Shown here: piece by piece, positions 24,189 through 34,233 of the stretch
Layout: each line of letters opens with the position of its first letter
Position numbering within the stretch: the first letter of the stretch is position 1
NCBI RefSeq assembly: GCF_000142905.1
Contig: NW_013657640.1
Span: 123,208-187,207, forward strand
DNA from: Thecamonas trahens ATCC 50062
Lineage: Eukaryota; Protista; Apusomonadida
Direction of reading: 5' to 3'
Length of the DNA: 64,000 bases
Made by a program: the position numbers and the translations under genes
Notes under the pieces: model-generated
Told to the model about the DNA's origin: nothing
Databases searched by the model: none
Seen by the model: the letters and a program-made list of their open reading frames with translations, nothing else

Positions 24189-26444
24189 ATGGCGGACCAG
24201 ACACTGGGCATCTCGTTTGCGGCTGCAGAGCCCCTGGATGACTCGGACTCGGACGAAGGCGTCGTGGCGCATGTGGCTGACGAGGACGACTCGTCGTCGG
24301 ACCCGCTGTCGTCCGACGACGACGCTACCGAGTCGGACGACGGCGACGGCGGTGATGGCCGCGACGGCGACGGGAGCTCAGCAGTGCTCGGCATCTCGTT
24401 CTCGTCGGCCGCTGGTGGCGACGGCGACGGCGACGACGACGGTGGCGACGACGACGACGACGACGGGCTGCCGGACTCGGACGCCGACGATTCGGACGAG
24501 GAGCTGTCGGACGATTCGTACGACGAGGACGGCCTGGTGCTTGTGCTCAAGTACGGGGCGCACGGGCTGACCGGGCGGCGCAAGACGATGGAGGACGCGC
24601 ACTTTGCAGCGGTGCAGGCGTCGCAAAAACTAGAGACGGCCGAGACGCAGGGCGGCCCTGCGGTGGGCTTTTTCTCAGTCTTTGACGGCCACGGCGGCGA
24701 CGCGTGCGCGCTGTATCTCTCACAGAACATGTTCCCCGCAGTGTTGGAGACGATGCCCGAGCTGGCGATCCGGACCAAGGAGGTTGACCCGGAGAGCCTC
24801 CCGTCGCAGGCCGAGGAGCTGCAGGCGATGGAGACCAGTCTCCGCGAAGCGTACGCGCTCGCCGAGTCGCGGTTCATCTCGCTTGCCGAGAGCAAAAACG
24901 TTGATTCAGGTGCGACAGCCGTCTCTGCCCTCATTCATGGCAACAAGCTCGTGGTTGCCAACGTTGGCGACTCTGAGGCTGTGCTCTCGCGTGATGGCAT
25001 GCCTGTCAACCTGACAGTCATCCACAACCCGGCCAAGAACCCGGCCGAGGAGGAGCGAATTGTGGCTGCCGGCGGGCGGGTGTACAAGAAGCGGGTGGCG
25101 CTACCGTCGGTCCCGCCGCACCTGTGCAACATTGCAGTCTCGCGGGCGTTTGGCGATATCCTGTTCAAAAACACGCCTGACGGGACAGCGTCGGGGCTGA
25201 CGGCGGATCCGGACGCAGCCACGTGGCTCATTGAGCCGCAGGATGAGTTTCTCATTTTGGCATGCGATGGGGTGTGGGACGTGATGACACACGAGGAGGC
25301 TGTCGACGAGGTGTCATCGAGCCTTGCGGCGTCGCAGTACGACCCGCAGGCTGCTGTTGAGTGCCTGGTCAAGGCGGCGTACGCGCGCGGCTCGACCGAC
25401 AACATCACTGCGCTGGTGGTGCTCTTCGAGTTTGTGCCCGAGGAGGACCTTCTTGAGCTGCTGGAGGACGACCCGAGCCCGCCGCTGGCGCTGGATGTCA
25501 ACGGCGAGCCCGCGAGTACCGAGTTTGAAGGCAAGGTGAGCGAGCTGCAGGCGCTCGGTAACGGGTTCTCACCGGTCGCGCCGGTCCACCAGACCGGGAC
25601 TATCAAGCTTATGCCGCGGACGGCGGCGGGCCCGTCGACGCCGACCGCAGGCGGATCGGGCATTACCTTTGCGGCCACGGGAGCAGGCTCGGACTCTGAC
25701 GACGGTGTCTCGCCGTTTGGCGTCGACTCGGACGAGTCGGGCTCTGACGACGAGTGGGACGAGAAGGCGCTGTGGCCGGGCAAGCTCGCGGCTTACACCG
25801 AAGAGACACCACTCAACGGTGCGCAGCGCAACGTGCCGGGCACCAAGCGCGACGAACTGTTTGCATGGAAGGCCGCGCCGCTCGAGGAGCAGACCGGCTC
25901 GCTTGAAGTCCAGCAGTACCTGCAGCAGCTGATCCGGAGCGACCCCGCAGACGTGGACAAGATTGTGGAGACGCCCGAGGGCGTGTCGTCGGTGGTGTGG
26001 CAGTACGAGCACCTGCGCCAGCTGACACTCGAGCTCTCGCATCTGGCAGTCATGCTGGAAGAGTGCGGGTGCTCGCCCGAGTCGTGCCCCAAGATGAAGG
26101 CGACTCAAGAGTGGATGTTCCTCTGCGCAGCCCACAAGGAGCCGCAGGAGTGCTCCGCCATCGACTACATGTGCCACACGCTCGAGGGCGCCGCCGCGCT
26201 GCTCAACTCGCAAAAGTACTTCCCCTCGCGCATCAACCTCAAGGAGGCCGACGCCAAGCCGAACCTCCAGTCGGTCGCCCGCCGCCTCTATCGTATCTGC
26301 GCCCACGCCTTCTTTGCCCATAACGACGCCTTTGAGGAGTTTGAAGCCGAGACGCACACTACCGAGCGCGCCGTCAAGCTCGCTGCCCGCTACAAGCTTG
26401 TTGGCCGCAAGATGCGCATCATCCCGCCTGTCGAGGAGTGGTAA
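24189..26444 (+). CDS. PP2C (PPM) phosphatase fused to C-terminal MOB4/phocein domain
   Basis: PP2C: GRR-x-x-MED, VFDGHGG, ANVGDS, VSRAFGD, LACDGVWD, DNIT. MOB4: RNVPGTK, VQQYLQQLIR, VWQYEHLRQ, WMFLCAAH, AIDY-x-x-HTL, KYFPSR, RRLYRI. One uninterrupted frame. Confidence 0.9.
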   Translation: MADQTLGISFAAAEPLDDSDSDEGVVAHVADEDDSSSDPLSSDDDATESDDGDGGDGRDGDGSSAVLGISFSSAAGGDGDGDDDGGDDDDDDGLPDSDADDSDEELSDDSYDEDGLVLVLKYGAHGLTGRRKTMEDAHFAAVQASQKLETAETQGGPAVGFFSVFDGHGGDACALYLSQNMFPAVLETMPELAIRTKEVDPESLPSQAEELQAMETSLREAYALAESRFISLAESKNVDSGATAVSALIHGNKLVVANVGDSEAVLSRDGMPVNLTVIHNPAKNPAEEERIVAAGGRVYKKRVALPSVPPHLCNIAVSRAFGDILFKNTPDGTASGLTADPDAATWLIEPQDEFLILACDGVWDVMTHEEAVDEVSSSLAASQYDPQAAVECLVKAAYARGSTDNITALVVLFEFVPEEDLLELLEDDPSPPLALDVNGEPASTEFEGKVSELQALGNGFSPVAPVHQTGTIKLMPRTAAGPSTPTAGGSGITFAATGAGSDSDDGVSPFGVDSDESGSDDEWDEKALWPGKLAAYTEETPLNGAQRNVPGTKRDELFAWKAAPLEEQTGSLEVQQYLQQLIRSDPADVDKIVETPEGVSSVVWQYEHLRQLTLELSHLAVMLEECGCSPESCPKMKATQEWMFLCAAHKEPQECSAIDYMCHTLEGAAALLNSQKYFPSRINLKEADAKPNLQSVARRLYRICAHAFFAHNDAFEEFEAETHTTERAVKLAARYKLVGRKMRIIPPVEEW

Positions 26445-26539
26445 AGTGCTTTTTCGTTTCCTGCCTGCAGCCGGTCGAGCCCTGCCTCGCTCGCAAGCCG
26501 TGTTGCTGGCTCCTGTTTACGGCAGTGTCTTGTTGAGAG

Positions 26540-27726
26540 TCAAAGAAAGTAATCGGGCACCTGCTTGGCCTGGCCCGACGGCACCTCACGGCGGTCCTCG
26601 GGCGCAGCGGAGAAGACGTTGAACTCGCGGTTGAGCGAGGCGTCGATCTCGCAGATGGACGCCACGTTGCCGCAGCGGTAGCAGTAGTTGGGCGCGGACC
26701 AGACGGTGGCCAGCAAGCCGTCAAAGTGAATCTGGTAGCCTTCCATGCACAGCTGGTGGGCGCGAAGGACAGTGGAGAGGCCGTTGACGTGCAGGAAACG
26801 CTCGACGGTGTCTTTGCCGAACAGATGGCCGGCGTTGCGCTGTGAGAGGTTGAATCCGTCACGGTCGGACGGATCCGACCACAGCAGGTCAGCAAAGACG
26901 CCCTCGGACGGCGGCTCGCGGAAGCGGTCGATGAGCTTGATCTGGTCAACCGAGAGCACCGCCGGCGAGAGCCCACCGTGGACACAGAAGATCTTGCCGG
27001 CAATGATGGCCGAGAGCGGGAGGTAGTCAAAGACCTCGCAAAAGTACGACCAAACGTCGGCCGACCCGTACTTTTGCACGACCTCTTTGTAGAACCCGTA
27101 CACTTGTGTAATCTGCCGCGACTCGTGGTTGCCGCGCAGCAGCGTGATGCGGTCCGGCCACCGGAGTTTGAGGCACGTCAGCAGCGTGATCGTCTCCAGG
27201 TTAAAGTGCCCGCGGTCCACGTAGTCGCCCAGAAACAGGTATCGCGTATCGGGGCACTCGCCGCCGATCTGGAAGATCTCCAGCAGATCGTAGAACTGAC
27301 TGCAGTATCCAGCCGCGATACCGTTACCGTGTTGTTGTGTCGCACCCCGGCTGTCTGTCAGTGGCGAGCCGTCTCTTCTACCCGCCCCCCCTCCCCCCCT
27401 CCCCTCCCCTCTGCGCCCTACCTACCAACCTTCTGCCCACCGCTATCCCACGACAATGCCCACGGCCACCGCCCCCCATCCCCCTCCCCCCCCCCCTCGC
27501 CCCTCCCTCCCTCCCCCTCCCCCCCCCCCCCCCCCCCCCCCACCCCTCCCCCACCCTCAACCTACCCATGGACGTCACCCACAACAGTCACCGGCGCGTC
27601 GACCTCGCACACGTTCGACTCGTCCAGAAGGACGTCAATGACCCGGGTGCAGATGTCCTTGATCGTTGCCTGCGACAGCAGCTCGCACCGCTTGAGCTTC
27701 TCCAGGCACTTGTCCACGTCGTCCAT
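26540..27726 (-). CDS. PPG1: PP2A-family Ser/Thr phosphatase catalytic subunit, Ppg1-like; complement(join(26540..27299,27566..27726))
   Basis: GDVHG|QFYD across a GT-AG intron; [24 protein letters not shown]-terminal [16 protein letters not shown]-x-IDRFRE and AHQLC-x-EGYQI-x-FDGL resemble yeast Ppg1 more than PP2A/PP4/PP6. Confidence 0.85.
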
Positions 27727-27869
27727 GCCTCCCCCCCGAACGCCTGACAGAGCCAAGTGTTGCTCGCTCCCCTCCTCCCTCATTTCAATCCACAGGCTCA
27801 GCAGTGCTGAGCATGTCTTGCGGCAAGACATCGTTTATCACTTTACATCCAGGGGCCGGCCGTCTCCAA

Positions 27870-30497
27870 CTACTGACCCTGCTCCGAGACGGCAAGCGCA
27901 GAGCCGACAAGGCCGTTGGCGGTGTTGAACAGGTTGACCGGCGAGTTGCCGTCGGTGAGGAGGACAGACGAAAGGCCGAGCGAGCCCAGGAGCTTGGCCT
28001 GCATCTCGGGCCCGGCCTTGGCAATGTCCTTGATGACCTCGGGCGTGATGGCCTCGATCATGGCCTTGAACTTGCCGGTCTCGATCTCGGTCAGCTGGGC
28101 CTTCTTGTCGAGCTCGAGCTTGTTGAGTGCGGCGACGTGGGTGAGCTCGGCGGCGTAGTGGGCCTGCAGCCGCTTGAGCTCAAAGGCAGCCTCGACGTCT
28201 GCGGCGTCTGCACGGAGCTGGGCCTGCTCGACACTGGCCTCGCACTCGATGACGGTGGTGGTGGCCTGGGCCTTGGCCTCGGCCTTGGCCTTGCCCGTCG
28301 TCTTGATCGACTCGCACTCGGCCTGCAGCCGGAGAAGCTCGATCTTGGCAGCCTCGGAGAGGCACGAGTCGCGGATGCGGAGCTGCTCGAGCTCGCCAAG
28401 CGCGTCCTGCTCCTCTCGCTTGGCGACGTTGCGCGCCCGCGCTTCGAGCGCGTCGGTGGTGATCTCGATGGCGAGCGAGACCGACTTTTGCAGCGAGTCC
28501 CGCGTCCGCTGGTCCACGGGGTCAACGTTCTGGATGTCGACGTTGGTGATGACAAGGCCGTTGGCCGGAAAGACCCGCTCGTCGCAGACCGAGCCATTGT
28601 CGTCGAGGCCAAAGACGGCTGCGCGGATGATACGTGCCGAGTTGGCGTGGAACTCCTGGAACGGAATCGAAGCCACCGTGCCGCGGATTGACGAGCCGAG
28701 CGCCTTGCACGCGTCGCCCACAAAGTCGGCAACCGAGAAGATCTTGCGGGTCGAATCCTCCGTCGACCGGTCGACACGGAACTCCCAGTTGTACCCGAGC
28801 TGAAGCGAGAGGCGTGCATGGTCCGACGTCTCCACCACGATGACGTCGATCATAAAGTCCGGGCCAAGGTAGAGGAGCAGCGACTTGATGGCGTTCGACT
28901 GCTTCGGCCGCCCGCCCGAGAGCGAGAAGACCGTGAGGTGCTCATTCGGCTGGAGAAGCACCAGCTCTGGGCCAAACACCACCCGGGCATCCTTGGTCTT
29001 GTAGTCAAAGATCTGGACCGCTGCGTTGTGCGGGACACGGTAGGTGACAACCCGCCACTTTTCGCGCCGCTGCATGCCTGTCAGGCCAGCCGCCCGCGAG
29101 CCGGTCGACGCAAGGTTGAGGATCGTCGACTGCAGGCCCGGCGTGCGGCTTGCAGACGAGGAGAACAGCACGTTTGAGCCGGCAGCAAGCTCGACCGGGG
29201 TGTCGGTGAACGGCGTCTCACCGTTGATGAGCGCCTCCATGTCGGCAGGCAGCTCCTTCTCCCACAGCTCCTCGTCGGCCTGCAGCATGTACGACGCGCC
29301 GATCTCGGCGCGCACCTTGCCGGTCGTCATGTTGCGGACGTACACGCCCTCGTTCTTGTCGAGCGGAATGAGCCACCGCTGCGCCGCCACACTGCATTGC
29401 GGTGCTGGGTAGTAGTCGCGCGGCCCAAAGACCATCCACCGCTCACCCGGCTCCCGCGCCACGCCCTCGTCGTCCACGTACGCCTCGACACACCGCAGCA
29501 CTAGCGCGTCCTGCTTCGACAGCAGGTGCGCCGTCTGCTTGCCGGCAAGCAGCCGCTCGCCGGGCTGCAGGAAGAACGTCTTGGGCCCTCGGACCATGGT
29601 CTTGGTTCCCAGCACGTTCTTGCCGGTCGACGCGTCCACAGGATCCACAATGACGCAGTAGTCGGTGTTTGAGAGCGAGATCGCCGTCACAGGCGTCACC
29701 AGCTGCTCAAAGACCCCGAGCATGTGCGTCGGCGCCTCGGCAAGCGTCACCAGCCACTCGTCGCCGACCTTGCGCTCGATGCCGTAGACATCGGTGAAGG
29801 CTTGCGTTGCGCGCAGGTGAAGGCCCGTCGTCTCGGTCAGGACATGCAGCTCCTGCACCTCGACAAGCTCCTCCGTTACCCGGCACAGGTATCGCCCCGG
29901 CTGCCGCACAATCCACTCGGAGCCAGCAAGCCGCGCCGTTCCATCCGGCTCGGTAAAGTCCTCCGTCGCCCGCAGCCGCAGCGCCTGGGTCTCGAGCACC
30001 ACTACAGAGTGCACCTCCTCCAGCACCGTCACCACCCGCGACGGCAGATACGTCCGCGGGCCCTTGACCAGCCACTGCTCGCCCGCAGCACGCGTCACCC
30101 CACCCTCGTCCTTCACCTCGCGCTCCGCACGCACCCGCAGCGCAGCGCCGTCCTCAATCACGCGCAGCGGCGTCACGCCCAGCACAAGTGCCTCGCCCGG
30201 GTACAGCGGGAACGGGTCCGGAAAGTCGGCCGCAAGCCGCACCTCCTCGTCACCCCACACGCACACGTAAACCCCGTGCTCGTCAATCACAGGCTGCCCG
30301 GCGTCATCACGCTCCACAGGATTGGCCACCACGCAGTACGACGCCGGCGGCAGGACAATCATCGCCAGCGGGCCATCCACCACGGTCTCATGTGCCTTCT
30401 TGGTGAACGTCGCTGGGCCAACCACCAGCCGCTGCACATTCGTGTTGTTGTCCTCCACCGTCACATACGAATACGGCCGGATGCGAATGAGCGACAC
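27870..30497 (-). CDS. MVP: Major vault protein (5' exon or start unresolved)
   Basis: Vault repeats ([10 protein letters not shown]-x-EWLV, FFLQPGE); shoulder LGPDFM-x-D...[16 protein letters not shown]; cap helix SLQKSV-x-LAIEITT; C-terminal GPEMQAKLL...[13 protein letters not shown]-x-GL. Confidence 0.96.
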   Translation of the reverse strand: MSLIRIRPYSYVTVEDNNTNVQRLVVGPATFTKKAHETVVDGPLAMIVLPPASYCVVANPVERDDAGQPVIDEHGVYVCVWGDEEVRLAADFPDPFPLYPGEALVLGVTPLRVIEDGAALRVRAEREVKDEGGVTRAAGEQWLVKGPRTYLPSRVVTVLEEVHSVVVLETQALRLRATEDFTEPDGTARLAGSEWIVRQPGRYLCRVTEELVEVQELHVLTETTGLHLRATQAFTDVYGIERKVGDEWLVTLAEAPTHMLGVFEQLVTPVTAISLSNTDYCVIVDPVDASTGKNVLGTKTMVRGPKTFFLQPGERLLAGKQTAHLLSKQDALVLRCVEAYVDDEGVAREPGERWMVFGPRDYYPAPQCSVAAQRWLIPLDKNEGVYVRNMTTGKVRAEIGASYMLQADEELWEKELPADMEALINGETPFTDTPVELAAGSNVLFSSSASRTPGLQSTILNLASTGSRAAGLTGMQRREKWRVVTYRVPHNAAVQIFDYKTKDARVVFGPELVLLQPNEHLTVFSLSGGRPKQSNAIKSLLLYLGPDFMIDVIVVETSDHARLSLQLGYNWEFRVDRSTEDSTRKIFSVADFVGDACKALGSSIRGTVASIPFQEFHANSARIIRAAVFGLDDNGSVCDERVFPANGLVITNVDIQNVDPVDQRTRDSLQKSVSLAIEITTDALEARARNVAKREEQDALGELEQLRIRDSCLSEAAKIELLRLQAECESIKTTGKAKAEAKAQATTTVIECEASVEQAQLRADAADVEAAFELKRLQAHYAAELTHVAALNKLELDKKAQLTEIETGKFKAMIEAITPEVIKDIAKAGPEMQAKLLGSLGLSSVLLTDGNSPVNLFNTANGLVGSALAVSEQGQ

Positions 30498-31092
30498 TAC
30501 TCACGACCACCCACAACACAGTCTGCTTCGTGAGTTCATTGCCTTGCTCCCTCCTTCCCTCTCTGTCCCTTTCCCCCGTCCCTTTCCCCCTTCCCTTTCC
30601 CGCCCCCCCCCCCCCCCCCCTTTTGTTTTTCTGCGCCACCAATGGAAAGAAAAATCATCCGAGTGGAACAAGGAAGAAAGCCACCTTCCCCTCCCCGTCC
30701 TTCCCTCCACAGCACAGGCACCTCCCCACCCCCACCCCCCCCCAACGCCCACCCCCCTCTCCCCCTTCCCCTCCCCTTCCCTCCCCTCCCCCACTCACAC
30801 CGTACTCTTGTTGCGGGTTGGTGAGACGGATGGTGCTCACCCCCACTCTCACCGCCTCACCCTCCTGCCTGCCCGTCTCCACTTCGGCCAGCCCCGATCG
30901 ATCACCCGCCACCACCAGCCAGCCAGCCAGCCAGCCAACCGGAAGACGACCAAACCCCAAACCCACAGGTCTTTCCTTTTCCCTTGACACATTGCCTGGC
31001 GGGTGGACCACAAAGTCACCACCCCACCCCCCACCCCGCCTTCCCCCCCCTCCCTCCTCCCTCCCCCCCCCCCCTTCCCAAGTGGGCGCATC

Positions 31093-34013
31093 ATGTCTGT
31101 TGCCATCCGCATCGAGCTGGATAAGCCGTCAGGATTTACCTCGGCGGTGAGGCCGTCCATGGTGTGGTGGTGGTGGACTGCTCAGCACGTGCCGACGCTA
31201 CGGCCTTCAAGAGCCTCGAGCTGGCGGTCCACTCGGCGGAGCATGTCGAGTGGCAGCGCCAGGAGATGCAGAAGGTTGCCATCGATCCGTTTGGCCATGG
31301 CCACAACCACAGTCATCATCATTCCCACCGCAGCCACAGCCACGGCCACGGCCACCACTCCCACTCTCGCAGCGACAGTGGCTACGGCGGCGACCGGTTT
31401 GTCATCACCCACTCGGGCGGGCAGACCCAGATGGTGATTGAGGATGGAGCAGCTTCGCATGGCTCGTCACACTACGGATCGACCGTCTGCGAGCCGGGCT
31501 ACGAGATGCGCCAGGTGACCGTGACTGTCAGCGACTCGGCGCCGGTCGTCACCCTCCGCATCGCACTCGATGCCAAGGGCGGCTCATTCGACTCACATGG
31601 CGTCTATCACTTTCCGTTTGCCTTTGCCCTTCCAGTCGATACCCAGGGCTCGCTGGAGGTGCCACAGGGCGGGACTGGGACGCCCATCACCGGCTCGGTC
31701 CGCTACTGGCTCAAGGCCATGCTCACCCGCAAGGGTCTCAAGTTTAACGTAGGCTCGCCACAGCGCGACTTTGTTGTCGCACCGCTCTTCACCTCGGTTG
31801 TTGCCCGGCCCAAGGCGTTGCCTCGCAGCCGGTTGCCGGCGGTGGCGCCTACACTGCCACCCTCTCGCTTGATCGCAATGCTGCTGTCCCGGGCGAGACC
31901 GTTATGGCTCATCTCCACGTCGCCAACAACTCGCCCATGCCCATCTCCTCGGTCACCTTTCAGATTGTCCAGACCATCTCGGGAACACGCCGCTCGCCGC
32001 CCGAGTCGGGCCAAAAGTCGCTGGTCATTTTCACCTCGTCGCGTCCAGGTGCACAGCCGTACACTCCCCTCACCATCGAGATCGGCATCCCGCTGCCGCC
32101 GGCATTGTGGGCGACCGTCACCGGCCCGCTCCTCCGCAACGAATACGCCGTTGTCGCTGTCATCCATCCGGCGTCTGGGCCTGACGTCCATGCCGGTGTC
32201 GGCCTCTCGGTTCTCGCTCCGAACGCGCTTGACGGCGGCGCGCTTAAGGCTACCCCTTTGGCACTCCGCTCCGCCTCATCGCCGCCAAGGCACCGCCGTC
32301 AGTTGTCCTCGCTCCGCCACCGGGCGTCGACCCGCTGCCGCTCGACGGCACCGTCCTGCCAGAACGCAAAGTCGGCCTCAAGTCGTGGCACATGTACTTT
32401 ATCGACGTTCCCGCCCTCACTCACGAGGCCCGCCTCGAAATCGTTCTTCGTGGAACGTCCAAGGCCACGCTGGCCCTTCGCCTTCGCAAAGCCTCGCAAC
32501 CCTCTCATTTGACCTCGTACGACTTTGCCGGCACCAAGGCCGGCAAGCACGTCTACTCGATCGCCATCAACAAGAACAACGGCGTGCCGCTCCAGCAGGG
32601 CCGCTGGTTTGTTGGCGTCTGGGGTACAAACGTCTTCCCACCCTCCTCCAAATATGTTCTCTCCGCCACACTCACTGGTGCCGCTCCGCCGCCGCCGCCT
32701 GCTGCGCTTCCGGAGCGAAGGTCATCGCTAGAGTTGGAGTCTGGCGGCGCATCGTCGTCGGCTGCGCCGTCCACCTCACCGGTCGTTGCCGACGAAACGC
32801 CGCCCCTCCCGCCGTTATCCGGGAATCCGAGAAGTCTGCTACCGCCTCAGCTTCAGCACCGCCGCCGCCGTCGTTTCACGATCCCAACTATGCCTCACTC
32901 GCGTCGGTGGCTTTGGCGGGATCTGCGTACGCTGCGCCGCCTCCAGAGCCCGGAGCAGGCTCGGCAAGTAGTGTCGAGTCGTCGGCGGCCGATGGTGCCG
33001 GAGTTGCCGACGGCGCCGACGACAACAGCTCGTACAGCATTGCGGCCAGCGAGCTGCAGCGCGGCGAGTTGGTCGGATCAGGCGCGTTTGGAGTGGTCCA
33101 TCGCGGTACCTGGCGCGGCGGCGACGTGGCCATCAAGACCATCAAGGTCGATTCGTTGGCTTCCGACGCCGTGGCAGAGTTCAAGGCCGAGGCCAAGCTC
33201 ATGCGCCTCCTCCCACCACACCCCAATGTTGTCCAGTTTCTCGGGGTGTGCAAGGCCGGCGAGAACGAGCTCTGCATCGTCTCTTCGTTTGTGCCTGGCG
33301 GCACCCTCCTCGCTCTCCTCCATCCAACCTCGGGCTTTGTGTGGAACGTCGAGAAGAAGCTTGGCGTGGCAGTCGGCATTGCCGCCGGCCTCCTGCATCT
33401 CTCAGCCGAGTCGATTGTCCACCGCGATCTTGCCGCCCGCAACATCCTTGTCTCGGTCGGCGGCCATGGCCCGGCAGCCACAGTCACGCCACTCCTCACC
33501 GACTTTGGCATGAGCCGCGACGCGTCAGGCGCCGGCGACAACTACACCGCGTCCGTTGTCGGCCCGGTCAAGTGGATGGCGGTCGAGGCCATCACACATC
33601 GCAAGTACTCGGCCAAGTCGGACGTCTGGTCGTTCGGCGTGCTTCTCTTTGAGATCTTCACCCAAACTGAGCCGTACGCCGGCCTCACTCCGCTGCAGGT
33701 TGCAGCCGGTGTCTCCAGTGGCTCACTCACCCTCGACCTCGATGGCCACGCAGCTGACATCCCTCCGCCCGTCGTTGATCTCATTCAAGCCTGTATGGCC
33801 CACGAGCCCGAAGACCGACCCTCAGTTCGTGACCTGTTCCGCACCGTCTCGCACCTCCGCACTCAACTCAGCCCAACGCCCAGGCCTATCAGCTATGCCA
33901 CTGTCAACCCGTTTGCCCCATCGTCGTCGGCGTCGTCGTCCCCGGCCGCAACCCCGACACAGACCGCAACCTCAGGCCCGGCCTTTGCCTACTCGGAGAA
34001 TCTGGGTGGATAA
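31093..34013 (+). CDS. Arrestin_N/Arrestin_C + PPC-like beta-domain + tyrosine-kinase-type catalytic domain; four apparent single-base frameshifts (~31135, ~31818, ~32257, ~32795)
   Basis: IELDKPSGF(Y)LGGEAVHGVV, FPFAFALP...GSVRYWLKA, LDRNAAVPGE-x-x-x-x-x-LHVANNS; G-x-WFVGV-x-G; kinase GSGAFG, VAIK, HRDLAARN, DFG, PVKWMAVE, SDVWSFG. Confidence 0.8.
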
Positions 34014-34233
34014 TAATGCCATTCAGGAGGTTAGTGCGATGCCAGCCGATGCCAGCAGCAACCAGAGGGCGACTGGCGTCGTAGTTTCCCCCGGAAAGGC
34101 ACCTGACGCAAACCCGGCGTGAGGAGCGGTGGCCGCGATGAGCGGCGGCGGTCAGAGATAAACAAGACAACACGATGAGAGTGGCAGTTGGGGATCGTTT
34201 GTGTGGAGGAGCGAGAGGCAAAGGTTGATTGGA

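Noticed and set aside
12337-34013. Frameshifted genes as pseudogenes
   Set aside because: Motifs are intact, there are no in-frame stops once corrected, and all breaks lie in homopolymer runs.
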